Assembly: GCA_017475605.1 (NCBI GenBank)
Contig: JAFVFD010000003.1
Location: forward strand, 1 to 15,063
DNA length: 15,063 nucleotides
Direction: 5' to 3'
Origin: Alphaproteobacteria bacterium
Lineage (GTDB): Bacteria > Pseudomonadota > Alphaproteobacteria > Rs-D84
A model generated the notes under the pieces. That model was not told where the DNA came from and made no database searches. It saw only the letters and a program-made list of their open reading frames with translations. Positions within the stretch are counted from its first letter, which is position 1. Each line of letters begins with the position of its first letter. Shown piece by piece: positions 1 to 6,890 of this stretch. Made by a program: the position numbers and the translations under genes.

Positions 1-160
1 CTTGATAAACAATAACCAAACCCAGATGCAAAAACTCTATTAACCATATCCGTTTTTGCGGGTTTGCTAATTGTTTATCTGCGTATTGGTCATGCGTGCC
101 TGTGTGGGCATACGCCCACAAAAACTTCGTTTTTATGGCACTTGATAAATAATAGAGGTC

Positions 161-173
161 GCCAAGAATCAAA
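161..173. repeat. 13-bp inverted copy (GCCAAGAATCAAA) of the tRNA-Glu 3' terminus plus its downstream flank; partner at 383..395
   Basis: Read directly. Plus strand 161..173 gccaagaatcaaa is the exact reverse complement of plus strand 383..395 tttgattcttggc. The partner covers the encoded GCCA end of tRNA-Glu plus the 9 nt that follow it. Confidence 0.7.
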
Positions 174-236
174 CACAGGCAATAAATAAAATCAAAAAAA
201 TCTCCGTTTGTCGATTTTTTAAGATTTTCTTAATTG

Positions 237-250
237 GCCCCAAACGGATT
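237..250 (-). repeat. 14-nt perfect direct copy of the tRNA-Glu 3' segment (T-loop/T-stem/acceptor, AATCCGTTTGGGGC on the minus strand); att-like scar
   Basis: Plus strand gccccaaacggatt at 237..250 is identical to 397..410 inside tRNA-Glu. The copy is followed by CCA on the minus strand, but no cloverleaf can be built around it. Confidence 0.7.
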
Positions 251-356
251 GTTCGCTGCGCTCACCACACGTAAGGCGCGAACTTCGTTTCACTCGTTCT
301 TGCCAACTATCGTGTCGAACCTACGGTTCTCATCCGTGGGGCAGCCAGAAAGAATT

Positions 357-385
357 AAAAAACACCACAAAATGTGGTGTTTTTT
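357..385 (-). terminator. Hairpin terminator after tRNA-Glu (structurally bidirectional)
   Basis: A 7-bp stem caccaca/tgtggtg (363..369 with 373..379) has a 3-nt loop. It is flanked by an A6 run and a T6 run and starts 7 nt after the tRNA 3' end on the minus strand. Confidence 0.65.
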
Positions 386-391
386 GATTCT

Positions 392-467
392 TGGCAGCCC
401 CAAACGGATTCGAACCGTTGTTCTCGCCTTGAAAGGGCGGTGTCCTGGGCCTCTAGACGATGGGGCC
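392..467 (-). tRNA. tRNA-Glu: tRNA-Glu (anticodon UUC), CCA encoded
   Basis: The reverse complement reads GGCCCCA UC GUCU AGAGGCCCA GGAC A CCGCC CUUUCAA GGCGA GAAC AACGG UUCGAAU CCGUU UGGGGCU G CCA. This is a full cloverleaf of 76 nt, arm-for-arm parallel to E. coli tRNA-Glu as I recall it. Confidence 0.93.
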
Positions 468-510
468 AAAAAACCTGCAATTTTTAGGAAATTTCCCAAA
501 ATGCCGGCAA

Positions 511-539
511 ATTATAACTGCGCTTTGGCGCATTGTCAA
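511..539 (-). promoter_or_regulatory. Consensus sigma70-type promoter for tRNA-Glu
   Basis: The minus strand reads TTGACA (534..539), a 17-nt spacer, then TATAAT (511..516). It lies about 40 nt upstream of the tRNA 5' end. Confidence 0.7.
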
Positions 540-543
540 GAAA

Positions 544-1500
544 CTATTTTCTTTTTTGCACCATTTGAAACACGAATTTTCCAATTGCGCTTTGTCGGAT
601 GTTCGCAATTTGTGCCGACATGCGCACGTTTTCATTGTTCAAATCGGTGTTTTCTTGTTTTAAGCGTTTGTTTTCGCGTTCCAATTCGGCAACACGTTTC
701 GCCATTTCGCGATTAGATTCGACCAATTCGATGTTTCTGTCGTCCATTGTGTCCAATTCATAGGACATTTGGTCATAATGTTTTTTGCGTGATTTTTCGT
801 GCTTTATTGTGTGTGCCATATCAACTAATGCGTGGAAACGCATTATGTCGCGGTACATGTGTAATGGATAAATTGGTACGTTATTGTTGGACAGTTTTTC
901 GCGAACCTTGGCTACCTGGGTCATGGTGATTTCGCCGTTAAACCATTCAATTTCCGGTGTGCCAATCAAATCCGCCGTCAGGTTCAGGCAATTATCTATT
1001 TCCTTTATCATGCGGTTCAGACGGGCGACATTTTTACAATCTTTCTTGTTCTTTTTCTTGAATTGGCGGTATTCGTTGCACAATTTATCGTATGCGAAAA
1101 TGATATCTGTTTGGAAAACCCAATTCATCTGCCCAACGCAAGTTCCCAGTTCAGAATATGTTTGTTCATATTCGCTGATGGCATTGCGAATTTTGATGGA
1201 TGCAAACGGCGAAAACGGTGCCAGGGTGCTGCCACCGTCCTGGATGTGTAAGTCAGCAGCCATACCAACAGCGGAAATAAGTTTGTTTTGTGGATAAATG
1301 TGTTTGTGTTCAAGGCTTTCTATGCCGCACATGTCTAATGACTTTTGAAAGCTTTCGTATGATGTTTGACGACCGGTATAACGGAGAATTTCAACAATCG
1401 CATCAACTGTGTCATTATATGTCTTTATCAAACGATCCATATCCTGCTGGGAAAAAGATTCCGGGCTGTCAACGTTTCCAGAATATTCAATTGTTGCCAT
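544..1500 (-). CDS. Hypothetical protein, 318 aa, C-terminal coiled-coil; no family recognised
   Basis: Longest ORF in the region, with AAGGA about 11 nt upstream of the ATG and its own promoter. The C-terminal 60 aa (REMAKRVAELERENKRLKQENTDLNNENVRM...) look heptad-like. I saw no catalytic motif. Confidence 0.65.
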   Translation of the reverse strand: MATIEYSGNVDSPESFSQQDMDRLIKTYNDTVDAIVEILRYTGRQTSYESFQKSLDMCGIESLEHKHIYPQNKLISAVGMAADLHIQDGGSTLAPFSPFASIKIRNAISEYEQTYSELGTCVGQMNWVFQTDIIFAYDKLCNEYRQFKKKNKKDCKNVARLNRMIKEIDNCLNLTADLIGTPEIEWFNGEITMTQVAKVREKLSNNNVPIYPLHMYRDIMRFHALVDMAHTIKHEKSRKKHYDQMSYELDTMDDRNIELVESNREMAKRVAELERENKRLKQENTDLNNENVRMSAQIANIRQSAIGKFVFQMVQKRK

Positions 1501-1526
1501 TTATTACATTCCTTTTGTTTTTTATA

Positions 1527-1554
1527 ATAGTAATACAAAAAATATAATTGTCAA
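1527..1554 (-). promoter_or_regulatory. Candidate promoter for the 318-aa ORF
   Basis: The minus strand reads TTGACA (1549..1554), a 16-nt spacer, then TACTAT (1527..1532). It sits between the tRNA-Asp terminator and the ATG at 1500. Confidence 0.5.
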
Positions 1555-1567
1555 TATGTTTGTTGAA

Positions 1568-1590
1568 ATAAAAAACCGCCAATTCGGCGG
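1568..1590 (-). terminator. Hairpin terminator after tRNA-Asp
   Basis: The stem ccgcc/ggcgg (1576..1580 with 1586..1590) has a 5-nt loop and is followed on the minus strand by a T-run (complement of the A-run 1568..1575). The stem is short, so confidence is moderate. Confidence 0.5.
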
Positions 1591-1598
1591 AAAATAAC

Positions 1599-1676
1599 TG
1601 GCGGGATGTAAGGGGCTCGAACCCTCGACCTTCTGCGTGACAGGCAGACGCTCTAAACCAGCTGAGCTAACACCCC
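1599..1676 (-). tRNA. tRNA-Asp: tRNA-Asp (anticodon GUC), CCA encoded
   Basis: The reverse complement reads GGGGUGU UA GCUC AGCUGGUUUA GAGC G UCUGC CUGUCAC GCAGA AGGUC GAGGG UUCGAGC CCCUU ACAUCCC G CCA. The cloverleaf has one G-U pair in the acceptor stem and one in the T stem. Confidence 0.92.
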
Positions 1677-1689
1677 GCAAAGCCCACAT

Positions 1690-1718
1690 ATCTTATACCG
1701 ACAAAGATGTAATTGCAA
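1690..1718 (-). promoter_or_regulatory. Candidate promoter for tRNA-Asp
   Basis: The minus strand reads TTGCAA (1713..1718), a 17-nt spacer, then TAAGAT (1690..1695). It lies about 14 nt upstream of the tRNA 5' end. Confidence 0.6.
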
Positions 1719-1744
1719 GTGTTTTTTTGTATTTTATATAAATA

Positions 1745-1772
1745 TTGACAATGTTGTGTTTTGTACTATATT
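1745..1772 (+). promoter_or_regulatory. Candidate promoter for the 167-aa ORF
   Basis: TTGACA (1745..1750), a 16-nt spacer, then TATATT (1767..1772). An AAAAGGGA Shine-Dalgarno-like element follows, with the ATG at 1804. Confidence 0.6.
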
Positions 1773-1803
1773 ATAATAAGTAAAGCAACCGAAAAGGGAC
1801 AAA

Positions 1804-2307
1804 ATGAAAAATATATTTGGAACAATCTTTAAGAAGAACACAGTTAAACCGGTACAATCGGCTGAAAAGCCTGTTTCTAAAATACCAGCAAAACCAAAGT
1901 ATGATTTTGTTGAACAATATACAGTTATTGATCCGAAAAAGATTTTAAACGGTGGTTATGAATTGTGGCAAATGTGTGAAAATGTCCCGGTGGCATGCGA
2001 AGAAGAAGGTGTGCCAACAACAGGGTTCATACGATACAAAATGTTGCCGACAAAAATCGTGATGGGTTTTCTGTGCGAATTACAGAAAAAAACATCGGAA
2101 GAAATCGAAGATCCGAAAATGCGTACTTTGTCCATTGTACATGTTTCCCAAAACCATCGCATTGTAATAGGACCTAATTTTGAATCGCCAAAATCACCTG
2201 TGTTTTGGGTGGTCGCCGACGATGTGCCCAAGAAAGATTGGATATTACATGTAACGCCGGAAAAGAACCGCGCGATTGTCGATGCGTTAAAAATACATAC
2301 GCGATAA
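1804..2307 (+). CDS. Hypothetical protein, 167 aa, no family recognised
   Basis: The ORF has a promoter, a Shine-Dalgarno-like element and a strong terminator immediately downstream. The N-terminus is lysine/proline-rich. No motif was recognised. Confidence 0.65.
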   Translation: MKNIFGTIFKKNTVKPVQSAEKPVSKIPAKPKYDFVEQYTVIDPKKILNGGYELWQMCENVPVACEEEGVPTTGFIRYKMLPTKIVMGFLCELQKKTSEEIEDPKMRTLSIVHVSQNHRIVIGPNFESPKSPVFWVVADDVPKKDWILHVTPEKNRAIVDALKIHTR

Positions 2308-2312
2308 AAAAT

Positions 2313-2336
2313 AAAAACCCGCATTTGCGGGTTTTT
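2313..2336. terminator. Bidirectional hairpin terminator between convergent genes
   Basis: aaaaacccgcatttgcgggttttt: a 5-bp GC stem (2318..2322 with 2327..2331) extended by A5/T5 arms. It serves both the 167-aa ORF and gap. Confidence 0.8.
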
Positions 2337-2340
2337 ATTT

Positions 2341-3342
2341 TTACTTGATAAGTTTTCCAATTGCCATTGCGGTATCGCACATGCGGTTTGAAAAGCCCCA
2401 TTCGTTATCATACCATGCGGTTACATGAACTAACTTATCTGCCAATACTTTTGTTTGTCCGGCATCAAAAATGGAACTGTGCGCATCATCTGTAAAGTCA
2501 ATCGAAACCAATGGTTTATCATTATAGCCAAATGTTTTAGATTCGGCCGCACGCATCGCATCGTTGACCGCTTCGACAGTTGCAGATTTTTCCAAATTCG
2601 CGACCAGTTCAACAACCGATACATCGGGGGTCGGAACGCGAATTGCCATGCCATCCATTTTTCCAGCCAGATTTGGTAAAACCAGACCAATAGCCTTGGC
2701 CGCACCGGTGGATGTCGGAATCATGGACATCGCCGCCGCGCGCGCACGACGGAAATCTTTGTGGTTTTTATCCAACAATTGCTGATCGCCGGTGTATGCG
2801 TGAACCGTTGTCATCCAGGCAGATACAATGCCGAACTTTTCGTCCAGCACCTTGGCCACCGGTGCCAAACAATTTGTTGTGCATGATGCGTTGGAAACAA
2901 TTAAATCGTCCGCGGTCAATGTATCTTCGTTAACACCGAAAACAATTGTTTTGTCCGCCCCCGCAGATGGTGCCGAAACCAAAACACGTTTCGCGCCCGC
3001 ATCAAGATGAACACGTGCCTTGTCCGCGGCGGTGAACAAACCTGTGCATTCCATAACGACATCAATTTTTAAATCTTTCCAAGGCAATTTAGACGGGTCG
3101 CGTTCGGAAATGCACTTGATTTTCTGATTGCCGACGATTATGTATTCACCGTCCAATTTAACATCCATTGGCAGTTTCCCATGTACAGAATCATATTCCA
3201 ACAAATATGCATTCTGTTCAGCCGGTGCCAAATCATTTACCGCAACAAATTCAATGTCATCGCGACCTGATACCAATGCCGCACGCAAAATAAGACGACC
3301 AATACGACCGAATCCGTTGATTGCTACTCTTAATTTAGACAT
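2341..3342 (-). CDS. gap: Type I glyceraldehyde-3-phosphate dehydrogenase
   Basis: N-terminal Rossmann motif VAINGFGRIGR and active-site SNASCTTNCLAP. The 333-aa length is typical, and WYDNEWGFSNRM lies near the C-terminus. AGGAAG Shine-Dalgarno element upstream. Confidence 0.96.
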   Translation of the reverse strand: MSKLRVAINGFGRIGRLILRAALVSGRDDIEFVAVNDLAPAEQNAYLLEYDSVHGKLPMDVKLDGEYIIVGNQKIKCISERDPSKLPWKDLKIDVVMECTGLFTAADKARVHLDAGAKRVLVSAPSAGADKTIVFGVNEDTLTADDLIVSNASCTTNCLAPVAKVLDEKFGIVSAWMTTVHAYTGDQQLLDKNHKDFRRARAAAMSMIPTSTGAAKAIGLVLPNLAGKMDGMAIRVPTPDVSVVELVANLEKSATVEAVNDAMRAAESKTFGYNDKPLVSIDFTDDAHSSIFDAGQTKVLADKLVHVTAWYDNEWGFSNRMCDTAMAIGKLIK

Positions 3343-3412
3343 ATTTCTTCCTTTCGTTTAATGTTATTGCTACACAAGGCTAATTCTAGCACTTTAATTT
3401 CACAGAATACAA

Positions 3413-3441
3413 TTGAATTTTGTCCGTTGCCATTTTATAAT
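3413..3441 (+). promoter_or_regulatory. Near-consensus promoter directly abutting the miaA start
   Basis: TTGAAT (3413..3418), a 17-nt spacer, then TATAAT (3436..3441). The miaA ATG at 3451 is only 9 nt downstream of the -10 element. Confidence 0.6.
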
Positions 3442-3450
3442 ATTGTCAAT

Positions 3451-4305
3451 ATGAAATACGATGCGTATATTATTACAGGTCCAACCGCGTCGGGCAAATC
3501 ATCTTTTGCCCATAATCTTGCACGCGAAATTGGCGGTACTATTATCAATGCCGACAGTGTACAAATATATCGCGGAATTGAAAATATATCTGCTTCGCCA
3601 TTTGCATCGCGCGAAATTACGCCAGAAATAGATGGGGTGCCGTATCGCCTTTTTTCAATTTTACCACTGACCCAGCAAATAAGTGTTGCGGAATATCTTG
3701 ATATGGCGCGGGCTGAATATGATGCGGCGCGCGGGGCTGGGCGGGTGCCGATTTTTGTTGGCGGGACGGGATACTATATAAATGCGTTGATACATGGTAT
3801 GTCGCCAATGCCGGAAATAGATGCAGATGTTCGGGCCAAGGCGCGTGATGTGGTGGCATCTGATATAGCGGCGGCACGCGCGATGTTGCCGGCCGATTTT
3901 ACCGCGACCGACCCACAACGCGTTGCCCGCGCATTAGAGGTTTTTTTACAAACAGGCATACATATAACCGAATATCAAAACGCGGCGCGTGTTGGTGCCG
4001 TTGTGCCAAATGCGCATCGAATACTTATTAATCCGCCGGCGGATGTGCTGCGGGCGCGTATTGCGGCGCGTATACCGGAAATGCTGTCGGGTGGCGCGTT
4101 GGCCGAGGCGCACGCGGTTATTGATTCCGGCTGGGACGAAACGCGGGCAATTGGTGCGGCGCAATTATGTGCCTATATTCGTGGCGAAATATCAATGGAT
4201 GTGGCCATCCAAAATTGGATTACCAAAACTAACCAATATGCCAAGCGGCAACGTACATGGTTTCGTACGCAATTTGACGCAGATGAAATCATTACAAAAA
4301 TCTGA
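3451..4305 (+). CDS. miaA: tRNA dimethylallyltransferase (tRNA delta2-isopentenylpyrophosphate transferase)
   Basis: MKYDAYIITGPTASGKS P-loop at the N-terminus, followed by DSVQIYRG and VGGTGYY, then C-terminal KRQRTWFR. The start was moved from the track's 3361 to the internal ATG at 3451, because MiaA proteins begin just before the P-loop. Confidence 0.92.
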   Translation: MKYDAYIITGPTASGKSSFAHNLAREIGGTIINADSVQIYRGIENISASPFASREITPEIDGVPYRLFSILPLTQQISVAEYLDMARAEYDAARGAGRVPIFVGGTGYYINALIHGMSPMPEIDADVRAKARDVVASDIAAARAMLPADFTATDPQRVARALEVFLQTGIHITEYQNAARVGAVVPNAHRILINPPADVLRARIAARIPEMLSGGALAEAHAVIDSGWDETRAIGAAQLCAYIRGEISMDVAIQNWITKTNQYAKRQRTWFRTQFDADEIITKI

Positions 4306-4350
4306 TTTTAATATATTGAATTTTATAAAAAAACCAGGTATTTTACATGT

Positions 4351-6558
4351 ATGTTTAAATCTGGTGATGTTGTAAAAGTTTTATTGCCAAATGTCGTCAA
4401 TACTGGATACGACTATCGCCTTAATGCGCCGGCGGATTTAGGTTCTTTTGTTGAATGTCGTGTTATGAATCGCCCCTATATTGGCGTTGTGTGGGGACTG
4501 CCGGATTCCGGTTTGCCGGCGGATAAAATCAAAAGCGTTGTACGCGTGTTGGATGCGCATATGTCTGTTGCTGATTTACAATGGATAAAGCGTATGTCCG
4601 ATTGGACCCTGATGACACCAGGGGCGGTATTAAAACTTATCATAAATATACCAGATGCTTTTTCGCCACCGCGTGTGGAACAATTGTATTCGTTTGATTT
4701 TGATGCGAAAATAAAAATGACCGCACCGCGCCAGGCGGTTGCCGATGCGTTTGCATCAAATGATAATGATGCGATGTCGGCAAATGATATTGTCAATATT
4801 GCGCATGTGTCGCCAGCGGTCGTGCGAACGATGATTAAAAATGAAATACTGCACCCAGCAGACGTGCGCACAGTGGAAAATGAAAACAGATTCATATATC
4901 AATATCACGATATGGGAACGGTCGTGTTAAATGATGAACAATCTGTCGCCGCGACCCAGATAGCCGATGCGATTGCGCATGGCGGTTTTTCTGTTTTTCT
5001 GTTGGATGGAATTACGGGGTCCGGCAAGACCCAGGTTTATTTTGATGCCGCGTTGCGTGCGTATAATGCGGGTAAATCGGTTTTGCTGATGATGCCGGAA
5101 ATTGCGTTGACCGCACAATTTATGTCGCGGTTTGAATCGCGATTTGGTGCCCCGCCCGTTGTATGGCACAGTAATTTAACCGCGGCGCGTCGGCGTGAAA
5201 TATGGCGTGGGGTGTGTCGGGGTGAAATACGGGTCGTTGTCGGTACACGAAGTGCGCTGTTTTTACCATGGCAAAACCTGGGGTTGATAGTCGTTGATGA
5301 AGAACACGATACTTCGTACAAGCAGGAAGATATGGGAAATTATCATGCGCGTGATATGGCAATTTTGCGTGCATCTATTGCCGGGTTCCCGGTTGTTTTG
5401 GCCAGTGCGACACCTGCGGCGGAAACACTGGAAAATGTTGCAACGGGAAAATATCGTGGACTTAAATTAACATCGCGATTTGGTGGGGCTACATTACCAA
5501 AAATAGAAACGATTGATTTACGGGCCAATCGCCCAGAATCATATAAAGCATCAACTGATGAAAATGCACAGGAAATTGCGGGCGCATTGTCCGCACCACT
5601 TTGTGATGCGATACGCGATACATTAAATAATCATCAACAGATAATGTTGTTTATAAATCGGCGCGGGTTTGCACCAATTGTGCAGTGTAAAAAATGTGGG
5701 TGGACGGCAACCTGTCCTGATTGCAGTGTTGGTATGACCTATCACAAACGCATTGGAAAATTGTTGTGTCATATGTGTGGGCGCACCGAACCATTACCGG
5801 ACAAGTGTGCGAATTGTGGTGGCGATGTTTCTATGCGTGGAACAGGTATTGAACGGGTCCAAGAAGAAGTTTTGGCGCGTTTCCCAAATGCGCGTACTGC
5901 AATCGTATCCAGTGATACAATCGCATCGCGGCAAAGCCTGGAACGCATTGTTGCGAAAATGGAATCGGGTGAAATAGATATTGTTATCGGAACACAGATT
6001 CTTGCCAAAGGGCACCATTTTCCGAATCTGACACTGGTTGGTGTGGTGGATGCAGATATGGGGTTGTTTGGGACCGACTTTCGTGCCGCGGAACATACAT
6101 TTCAGCAATTGTTCCAGGTCGCCGGTCGTGCCGGTCGTGGTGCGATACCGGGACGCGTTTTATTACAAACCTATCAACCCGACCACCCGGTGTTAAATGC
6201 CATCTGTGCGGGCAATCGTGATGAGTTTATGGAAACGGATATGGCGGGGCGGCGCATGGCAAAAATGCCACCTTTTGGGCAATTGATTGCGGTCGTTGTC
6301 GAGGGTGCGCGTGAAAATATTTTACAAAAATACTGTACCGATTTGGCGGCGGCCGCACCAAATATAAATGGAGGGCGCATAATGGGACCGGTGCCGGCGC
6401 AAATATATCAGATTCGAAATTGGTACCGGATGCGGTTTTTGGTTTCGGGCGATGTGCGCGCAAAATTACAGCCGATTGTCGCGAATTGGTTGGCGCGTGT
6501 GAAACAACCCGCAAATATTCGCGTTAAAATCGATGTGAACCCAGTTAATTTTATGTAA
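4351..6558 (+). CDS. priA: Primosomal protein N' (replication restart helicase PriA)
   Basis: Walker A GITGSGKT and DEEH box VVDEEHD. The cysteine-rich zinc region is CKKCGWTATCPDC...CHMCG...CANCGG. 735 aa. Confidence 0.95.
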   Translation: MFKSGDVVKVLLPNVVNTGYDYRLNAPADLGSFVECRVMNRPYIGVVWGLPDSGLPADKIKSVVRVLDAHMSVADLQWIKRMSDWTLMTPGAVLKLIINIPDAFSPPRVEQLYSFDFDAKIKMTAPRQAVADAFASNDNDAMSANDIVNIAHVSPAVVRTMIKNEILHPADVRTVENENRFIYQYHDMGTVVLNDEQSVAATQIADAIAHGGFSVFLLDGITGSGKTQVYFDAALRAYNAGKSVLLMMPEIALTAQFMSRFESRFGAPPVVWHSNLTAARRREIWRGVCRGEIRVVVGTRSALFLPWQNLGLIVVDEEHDTSYKQEDMGNYHARDMAILRASIAGFPVVLASATPAAETLENVATGKYRGLKLTSRFGGATLPKIETIDLRANRPESYKASTDENAQEIAGALSAPLCDAIRDTLNNHQQIMLFINRRGFAPIVQCKKCGWTATCPDCSVGMTYHKRIGKLLCHMCGRTEPLPDKCANCGGDVSMRGTGIERVQEEVLARFPNARTAIVSSDTIASRQSLERIVAKMESGEIDIVIGTQILAKGHHFPNLTLVGVVDADMGLFGTDFRAAEHTFQQLFQVAGRAGRGAIPGRVLLQTYQPDHPVLNAICAGNRDEFMETDMAGRRMAKMPPFGQLIAVVVEGARENILQKYCTDLAAAAPNINGGRIMGPVPAQIYQIRNWYRMRFLVSGDVRAKLQPIVANWLARVKQPANIRVKIDVNPVNFM

Positions 6559-6562
6559 TAAG

Positions 6563-6584
6563 AAAGGCGCAAATTGCGCCTTTT
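6563..6584. terminator. Bidirectional hairpin terminator after priA and the convergent small ORF
   Basis: aaaggcgcaaattgcgcctttt: a 6-bp stem (6566..6571 with 6575..6580) with A and T flanks. Confidence 0.75.
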
Positions 6585-6585
6585 G

Positions 6586-6870
6586 TTATCTTGCGTGGCA
6601 GAATACTTTATTCCACAGTGCGCGCCATCTGGCAGACCTTTCGGCGCGTTTGCGGGCGCGTTCCGCAAAGTATTCTTCTAGATTAGATTTTTCTGAATAT
6701 TGCGCATTTGATTCCGAGGCGTGCGGGTGGTTCTTTTCCCATACGGTTGACATATATTGATTAAATTCGTTGCGACGTTTGTTGTTTACGTTGCCCATTT
6801 CATCAATTAGTCCCAATCGCATCATTTCAGCATCGGAACCATCATACTTTATTTCGTGTTCTTTCATCAT
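6586..6870 (-). CDS. Hypothetical small charged protein, 94 aa, co-oriented 20 nt downstream of the VirB11-like ATPase
   Basis: The ORF fills the gap between the ATPase stop and the terminator. The C-terminus is basic (ERARKRAERSARWRALW). No family was recognised and the Shine-Dalgarno element is weak. Confidence 0.5.
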   Translation of the reverse strand: MMKEHEIKYDGSDAEMMRLGLIDEMGNVNNKRRNEFNQYMSTVWEKNHPHASESNAQYSEKSNLEEYFAERARKRAERSARWRALWNKVFCHAR

Positions 6871-6890
6871 TGCTTTTCCATTCTTTTTGT

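Noticed and set aside
104-119. GTGGGC-ATAC-GCCCAC hairpin as a terminator
   Set aside because: There is no T-tract after the stem on either strand. An A-run follows on the plus strand, and a T-run precedes the stem on the minus strand. No gene lies upstream.
236-345. Possible second tRNA, pseudo-tRNA or tmRNA acceptor piece on the minus strand (GCCCCA...GGTTCGACACG...AATCCGTTTGGGGCCA)
   Set aside because: Only the 6-nt acceptor halves and the 14-nt tRNA-Glu-derived end match. I could not build D, anticodon or T arms (GCAGC cannot pair with CCGTT), and at about 108 nt the length fits no tRNA class. It is better explained as a duplicated att-like fragment.
234-716. 160-aa plus-strand ORF from the track
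   Set aside because: It reads straight through the tRNA-Glu gene, its terminator and its promoter. It also overlaps the better-supported minus-strand 318-aa ORF. It has no Shine-Dalgarno element and a low-complexity translation.
3361-3450. Upstream 30-codon extension of miaA (track start at 3361)
   Set aside because: The extension (MLLLHKANSSTLISQ...) covers the consensus promoter itself and resembles no MiaA N-terminus I know. The internal ATG at 3451 puts the P-loop at the normal position.
4476-4895. Antisense shadow ORFs inside well-supported genes. The example coordinates are the 139-aa ORF in priA. The same applies to 11821..12255 opposite the RNA methyltransferase, 8940..9371 opposite lpxI, 884..1297 opposite the 318-aa ORF, 1956..2411, and the many ORFs inside gap, miaA and priA.
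   Set aside because: Each is fully embedded opposite or out of frame with a gene carrying clear family motifs. None has recognisable motifs or start signals. They are typical reverse-frame artefacts.
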